From Auanema rhodensis (taxonomy: Eukaryota; Animalia; Nematoda): DNA of 64,000 nt. The stretch is from the NCBI GenBank assembly GCA_964057225.1, contig OZ059900.1, positions 21,762,001-21,826,000 on the forward strand. The letters run 5' to 3'. Under the pieces are notes generated by a model. It saw only the letters and a program-made list of their open reading frames with translations, was not told the origin of the DNA and searched no databases. This document shows, piece after piece, positions 57,601-64,000 of this stretch. Positions within the stretch are counted from its first letter, which is position 1, and the number at the start of each line of letters is the position of its first letter. A program made the position numbers and the translations under genes.

Positions 57601-60600
57601 TGCTAATTTCCTTAATTTTCTAACCCCTGTTTTTTTGTCGTGAAAGTGGAACTAGACGTTGTAGGAACAATTTTGAGCTAGGTTTCATTGACATTGCATG
57701 AGTTTGAACACATGAAATCGTAAGTCAAAACCTTGTTTACAGCGAAATTTCCAAAAACTGGTTTTCCAGCATAATAAAATATTTCTCATGGGAAATACTG
57801 TGTTTTTGTATTTTTCTAGCGTTCAGCATGTAAAATGCTTCATTTTAGTATGTGACACGCTGAAATTCGTTGCATTTGACGACTCATATGAACAAAAATC
57901 GATTTAATCAATATTAGCCATAAGGGGCGTGCCCTCAGAATATGCTAATTTCCTTAATTTTCTAACCCCTGTTTTTTTGTCGTGAAAGTGGAACTAGACG
58001 TTGTACGAACAATTTTGAGCTAGGTTTCATTGACATTGCATGAGTTTGAACACATGAAATCGTAAGTCAAAACCTTGTTTACAGCGAAATTTCCAAAAAC
58101 TGGTTTTCCAGCATAATAAAATATTTCTCATGGGAAATACTGTGTTTTTGTATTTTTCTAGTGTTCAGCATGTAAAATGCTTCATTTTAGTATGTAACAC
58201 GCTGAAATTCGTTGCATTTGACGACTCATATGAACAAAAATCGATTTAATCAATATTAGCCATAAGGGGCGTGCCCTCAGAATATGCTAATTTCCTTAAT
58301 TTTCTAACCCCTGTTTTTTTGTCGTGAAAGTGGAACTAGACGTTGTAGGAACAATTTTGAGCTAGGTTTCATTGACATTGCATGAGTTTGAACACATGAA
58401 ATCGTAAGTCAAAACCTTGTTTACAGCGAAATTTCCAAAAACTGGTTTTCCAGCATAATAAAATATTTCTCATGGGAAATACTATGTTTTTGTATTTTTC
58501 TAGTGTTCAGCATGTAAAATGCTTCATTTTAGTATGTAACACGCTGAAATTCGTTGCATTTGACGACTCATATGAACAAAAATCGATTTAATCAATATTA
58601 GCCATAAAGGGCGTGCTCTCAGAATATGCTAATTTCCTTAATTTTCTAACCCCTGTTTTTTTGTCGTGAAAGTGGAACCAGACGTTGTACGAACAATTTT
58701 GAGCTAGGTGTTCATTGACATTGCATGAGTTTGAACACATGAAATCGTAAGTCAAAACCTTGTTTACAGCGAAATTTCCAAAAACTGGTTTTCCAGCATA
58801 ATAAAATATTTCTCATGGGAAATACTGTGTTTTTGTATTTTTCTAGTGTTCAGCATGTGAAATGCTTCATTTTAGTATGTAACACGCTGAAATTCGTTGC
58901 ATTTGACGACTCATATGAACAAAAATCGATTTAATCAATATTAGCCATAAAGGGCGTGCCCTCAGAATATGCTAATTTCCTTAATTTTCTAACCCCTGTT
59001 TTTTTGTCGTGAAAGTGGAACTAGACGTTGTAGGAACAATTTTGAGCTAGGTTTCATTGACATTGCATGAGTTTGAACACATGAAATCGTAAGTCAAAAC
59101 CTTGTTTACAGCGAAATTTCCAAAAACTGGTTTTCCAGCATAATAAAATATTTCTCATGGGAAATACTGTGTTTTTGTATTTTTCTAGTGTTCAGCATGT
59201 AAAATGCTTCATTTTAGTATGTAACACGCTGAAATTCGTTGCATTTGACGACTCATATGAACAAAAATCGATTTAATCAATATTAGCCATAAGGGGCGTG
59301 CCCTCAGAATATGCTAATTTCCTTAATTTTCTAACCCCTGTTTTTTTGTCGTGAAAGTGGAACTAGACGTTGTACGAACAATTTTGAGCTAGGTTTCATT
59401 GACATTGCATGAGTTTGAACACATGAAATCGTAAGTCAAAACCTTGTTTACAGCGAAATTTCCAAAAACTGGTTTTCCAGCATAATAAAATATTTCTCAT
59501 GGGAAATACTGTGTTTTTGTATTTTTCTAGTGTTCAGCATGTAAAATGCTTCATTTTAGTATGTAACACGCTGAAATTCGTTGCATTTGACGACTCATAT
59601 GAACAAAAATCGATTTAATCAATATTAGCCATAAGGGGCGTGCCCTCAGAATATGCTAATTTCCTTAATTTTCTAACCCCTGTTTTTTTGTCGTGAAAGT
59701 GGAACTAGACGTTGTAGGAACAATTTTGAGCTAGGTTTCATTGACATTGCATGAGTTTGAACACATGAAATCGTAAGTCAAAACCTTGTTTACAGCGAAA
59801 TTTCCAAAAACTGGTTTTCCAGCATAATAAAATATTTCTCATGGGAAATACTATGTTTTTGTATTTTTCTAGTGTTCAGCATGTAAAATGCTTCATTTTA
59901 GTATGTAACACGCTGAAATTCGTTGCATTTGACGACTCATATGAACAAAAATCGATTTAATCAATATTAGCCATAAAGGGCGTGCTCTCAGAATATGCTA
60001 ATTTCCTTAATTTTCTAACCCCTGTTTTTTTGTCGTGAAAGTGGAACCAGACGTTGTACGAACAATTTTGAGCTAGGTGTTCATTGACATTGCATGAGTT
60101 TGAACACATGAAATCGTAAGTCAAAACCTTGTTTACAGCGAAATTTCCAAAAACTGGTTTTCCAGCATAATAAAATATTTCTCATGGGAAATACTGTGTT
60201 TTTGTATTTTTCTAGTGTTCAGCATGTGAAATGCTTCATTTTAGTATGTAACACGCTGAAATTCGTTGCATTTGACGACTCATATGAACAAAAATCGATT
60301 TAATCAATATTAGCCATAAAGGGCGTGCCCTCAGAATATGCTAATTTCCTTAATTTTCTAACCCCTGTTTTTTTGTCGTGAAAGTGGAACTAGACGTTGT
60401 AGGAACAATTTTGAGCTAGGTTTCATTGACATTGCATGAGTTTGAACACATGAAATCGTAAGTCAAAACCTTGTTTACAGCGAAATTTCCAAAAACTGGT
60501 TTTCCAGCATAATAAAATATTTCTCATGGGAAATACTATGTTTTTGTATTTTTCTAGTGTTCAGCATGTAAAATGCTTCATTTTAGTATGTAACACGCTG

Positions 60601-62597
60601 AAATTCGTTGCATTTGACGACTCATATGAACAAAAATCGATTTAATCAATATTAGCCATAAAGGGCGTGCTCTCAGAATATGCTAATTTCCTTAATTTTC
60701 TAACCCCTGTTTTTTTGTCGTGAAAGTGGAACTAGACGTTGTAGGAACAATTTTGAGCTAGGTTTCATTGACATTGCATGAGTTTGAACACATGAAATCG
60801 TAAGTCAAAACCTTGTTTACAGCGAAATTTCCAAAAACTGGTTTTCCAGCATAATAAAATATTTCTCATGGGAAATACTGTGTTTTTGTATTTTTCTAGC
60901 GTTCAGCATGTAAAATGCTTCATTTTAGTATGTGACACGCTGAAATTCGTTGCATTTGACGACTCATATGAACAAAAATCGATTTAATCAATATTAGCCA
61001 TAAGGGGCGTGCCCTCAGAATATGCTAATTTCCTTAATTTTCTAACCCCTGTTTTTTTGTCGTGAAAGTGGAACTAGACGTTGTACGAACAATTTTGAGC
61101 TAGGTTTCATTGACATTGCATGAGTTTGAACACATGAAATCGTAAGTCAAAACCTTGTTTACAGCGAAATTTCCAAAAACTGGTTTTCCAGCATAATAAA
61201 ATATTTCTCATGGGAAATACTGTGTTTTTGTATTTTTCTAGTGTTCAGCATGTAAAATGCTTCATTTTAGTATGTAACACGCTGAAATTCGTTGCATTTG
61301 ACGACTCATATGAACAAAAATCGATTTAATCAATATTAGCCATAAGGGGCGTGCCCTCAGAATATGCTAATTTCCTTAATTTTCTAACCCCTGTTTTTTT
61401 GTCGTGAAAGTGGAACTAGACGTTGTAGGAACAATTTTGAGCTAGGTTTCATTGACATTGCATGAGTTTGAACACATGAAATCGTAAGTCAAAACCTTGT
61501 TTACAGCGAAATTTCCAAAAACTGGTTTTCCAGCATAATAAAATATTTCTCATGGGAAATACTGTGTTTTTGTATTTTTCTAGCGTTCAGCATGTAAAAT
61601 GCTTCATTTTAGTATGTAACACGCTGAAATTCGTTGCATTTGACGACTCATATGAACAAAAATCGATTTAATCAATATTAGCCATAAAGGGCGTGCCCTC
61701 AGAATATGCTAATTTCCTTAATTTTCTAACCCCTGTTTTTTTGTCGTGAAAGTGGAACTAGACGTTGTAGGAACAATTTTGAGCTAGGTTTCATTGACAT
61801 TGCATGAGTTTGAACACATGAAATCGTAAGTCAAAACCTTGTTTACAGCGAAATTTCCAAAAACTGGTTTTCCAGCATAATAAAATATTTCTCATGGGTA
61901 ATACTGTGTTTTTGTATTTTTCTAGCGTTCAGCATGTAAAATGCTTCATTTTAGTATGTAACATGCTGAAATTCGTTGCATTTGACGACTCATATGAACA
62001 AAAATCGATTTAATCAATATTAGCCATAAAGGGCGTGCTCTCAGAATATGCTAAATTCCTTAATTTTCTAACCCCTGTTTTTTTGTCGTGAAAGTGGAAC
62101 TAGACGTTGTACGAACAATTTTGAGCTAGGTTTCATTGACATTGCATGAGTTTGAACACATGAAATCGTAAGTCAAAACCTTGTTTACAGCGAAATTTCC
62201 AAAAACTGGTTTTCCAGCATAATAAAATATTTCTCATGGGAAATACTGTGTTTTTGTATTTTTCTAGCGTTCAGCATGTAAAATGCTTCATTTTAGTATG
62301 TGACACGCTGAAATTCGTTGCATTTGACGACTCATATGAACAAAAATCGATTTAATCAATATTAGCCATAAGGGGCGTGCCCTCAGAATATGCTAATTTC
62401 CTTAATTTTCTAACCCCTGTTTTTTTGTCGTGAAAGTGGAACTAGACGTTGTACGAACAATTTTGAGCTAGGTTTCATTGACATTGCATGAGTTTGAACA
62501 CATGAAATCGTAAGTCAAAACCTTGTTTACAGCGAAATTTCCAAAAACTGGTTTTCCAGCATAATAAAATATTTCTCATGGGAAATACTGTGTTTTT
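51651..62597 (+). repeat. Higher-order block M152-M158 (51651-54044) repeated as M177-M183 (60204-62597), with a partial copy M168-M170 (57124-58149)
   Basis: Same ordered variants, including CTAAATTCC seen only at ~53502 and ~62055 (offset 8553). Each copy is preceded by a monomer carrying the GGTGTTC insertion. Confidence 0.85.
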
Positions 62598-64000
62598 GTA
62601 TTTTACTAGTGTTCAGCATGTAAAATGCTTCATTTTAGTATGTAACACGCTGAAATTCGTTGCATTTGACGACTCATATGAACAAAAATCGATTTAATCA
62701 ATATTAGCCATAAGGGGCGTGCCCTCAGAATATGCTAATTTCCTTAATTTTCTAACCCCTGTTTTTTTGTCGTGAAAGTGGAACTAGACGTTGTACGAAC
62801 AATTTTGAGCTAGGTTTCATTGACATTGCATGAGTTTGAACACATGAAATCGTAAGTCAAAACCTTGTTTACAGCGAAATTTCCAAAAACTGGTTTTCCA
62901 GCATAATAAAATATTTCTCATGGGAAATACTGTGTTTTCGTATTTTTCTAGTGTTCAGCATGTAAAATGCTTCATTTTAGTATGTAACACGCTGAAATTC
63001 GTTGCATTTGACGACTCATATGAACAAAAATCGATTTAATCAATATTAGCCATAAGGGGCGTGCCCTCAGAATATGCTAATTTCCTTAATTTTCTAACCC
63101 CTGTTTTTTTGTCGTGAAAGTGGAACTAGACGTTGTACGAACAATTTTGAGCTAGGTTTCATTGACATTGCATGAGTTTGAACACATGAAATCGTAAGTC
63201 AAAACCTTGTTTACAGCGAAATTTCCAAAAACTGGTTTTCCAGCATAATAAAATATTTCTCATGGGAAATACTGTGTTTTTGTATTTTTCTAGTGTTCAG
63301 CATGTAAAATGCTTCATTTTAGTATGTAACACGCTGAAATTCGTTGCATTCGACGACTCATATGAACAAAAATCGATTTAATCAATATTAGCCATAAGGG
63401 GCGTGCCCTCAGAATATGCTAATTTCCTTAATTTTCTAACCCCTGTTTTTTTGTCGTGAAAGTGGAACTACACGTTGTACGAACAATTTTGAGCTAGGTT
63501 TCATTGACATTGCATGAGTTTGAACACATGAAATCGTAAGTCAAAACCTTGTTTACAGCGAAATTTCCAAAAACTGGTTTTCCAGCATAATAAAATATTT
63601 CTCATGAGAAATACTGTGTTTTCGTATTTTTCTAGTGTTCAGCATGTAAAATGCTTCATTTTAGTATGTAACACGCTGAAATTCGTTGCATTTGACGACT
63701 CATATGAACAAAAATCGATTTAATCAATATTAGCCATAAGGGGCGTGCCCTCAGAATATGCTAATTTCCTTAATTTTCTAACCCCTGTTTTTTTGTCGTG
63801 AAAGTGGAACTAGACGTTGTACGAACAATTTTGAGCTAGGTTTCATTGACATTGCATGAGTTTGAACACATGAAATCGTAAGTCAAAACCTTGTTTACAG
63901 CGAAATTTCCAAAAACTGGTTTTCCAGCATAATAAAATATTTCTCATGGGAAATACTGTGTTTTTGTATTTTACTAGTGTTCAGCATGTAAAATGCTTCA

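Larger units (their letters stand above)
1..64000. repeat. Tandem satellite DNA array, 342-bp monomer, 187 full copies + 35 bp, head-to-tail, highly homogeneous (probable centromeric/pericentromeric heterochromatin)
   Basis: GTATTTTTCTAGTGTTCAGC recurs at 1, 343, 685 ... 3421 (10x342+1) and on to the window end. Phase shifts are fully explained by eleven 1-bp G insertions. No inversion or non-satellite sequence seen. The array runs off both ends. The centromeric role is inference. Confidence 0.99.

Noticed and set aside
1-64000. CRISPR array or other repeat-spacer system
   Set aside because: No unique spacers; the entire 342-bp unit is repeated and there are no associated genes.
1-64000. Array being purely an assembly or synthetic artefact
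   Set aside because: Nested, position-restricted variants and chimeric monomers look like real evolutionary history, although individual duplications still need read-level confirmation.

Overview
The whole 64-kb window is one uninterrupted head-to-tail tandem satellite array with a 342-bp monomer (about 34% GC by hand count). It holds 187 complete monomers plus 35 bp, all in the same orientation. I found no genes, RNA genes, transposons or unique sequence, and all six reading frames close within every monomer. Monomers differ from the consensus by only about 0-5 bases. The only length variants I saw are eleven +1 G insertions, and 187x342+11 = 63965 matches the observed start of the last partial monomer at 63966. 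Read as barcodes, the variants record a layered history: a ~12.3-kb (36-monomer) duplication, 17-, 16- and 25-monomer offsets, nested 1- to 6-mer duplications, chimeric monomers, an old conserved variant order, and a switch of sub-family near 35.5 kb. The monomer is rich in dyads and A/T tracts, is not CpG-depleted, and may be an ancient dimer of ~170-bp subunits. This fits eukaryotic centromeric or pericentromeric satellite DNA; organism and centromere function cannot be established from sequence alone. I see no evidence of a novel protein-coding or RNA system. Variants were typed by eye, so rare ones may be missed. Mn = nth monomer; 'pos' = position within a monomer, numbered as in window 1-342.
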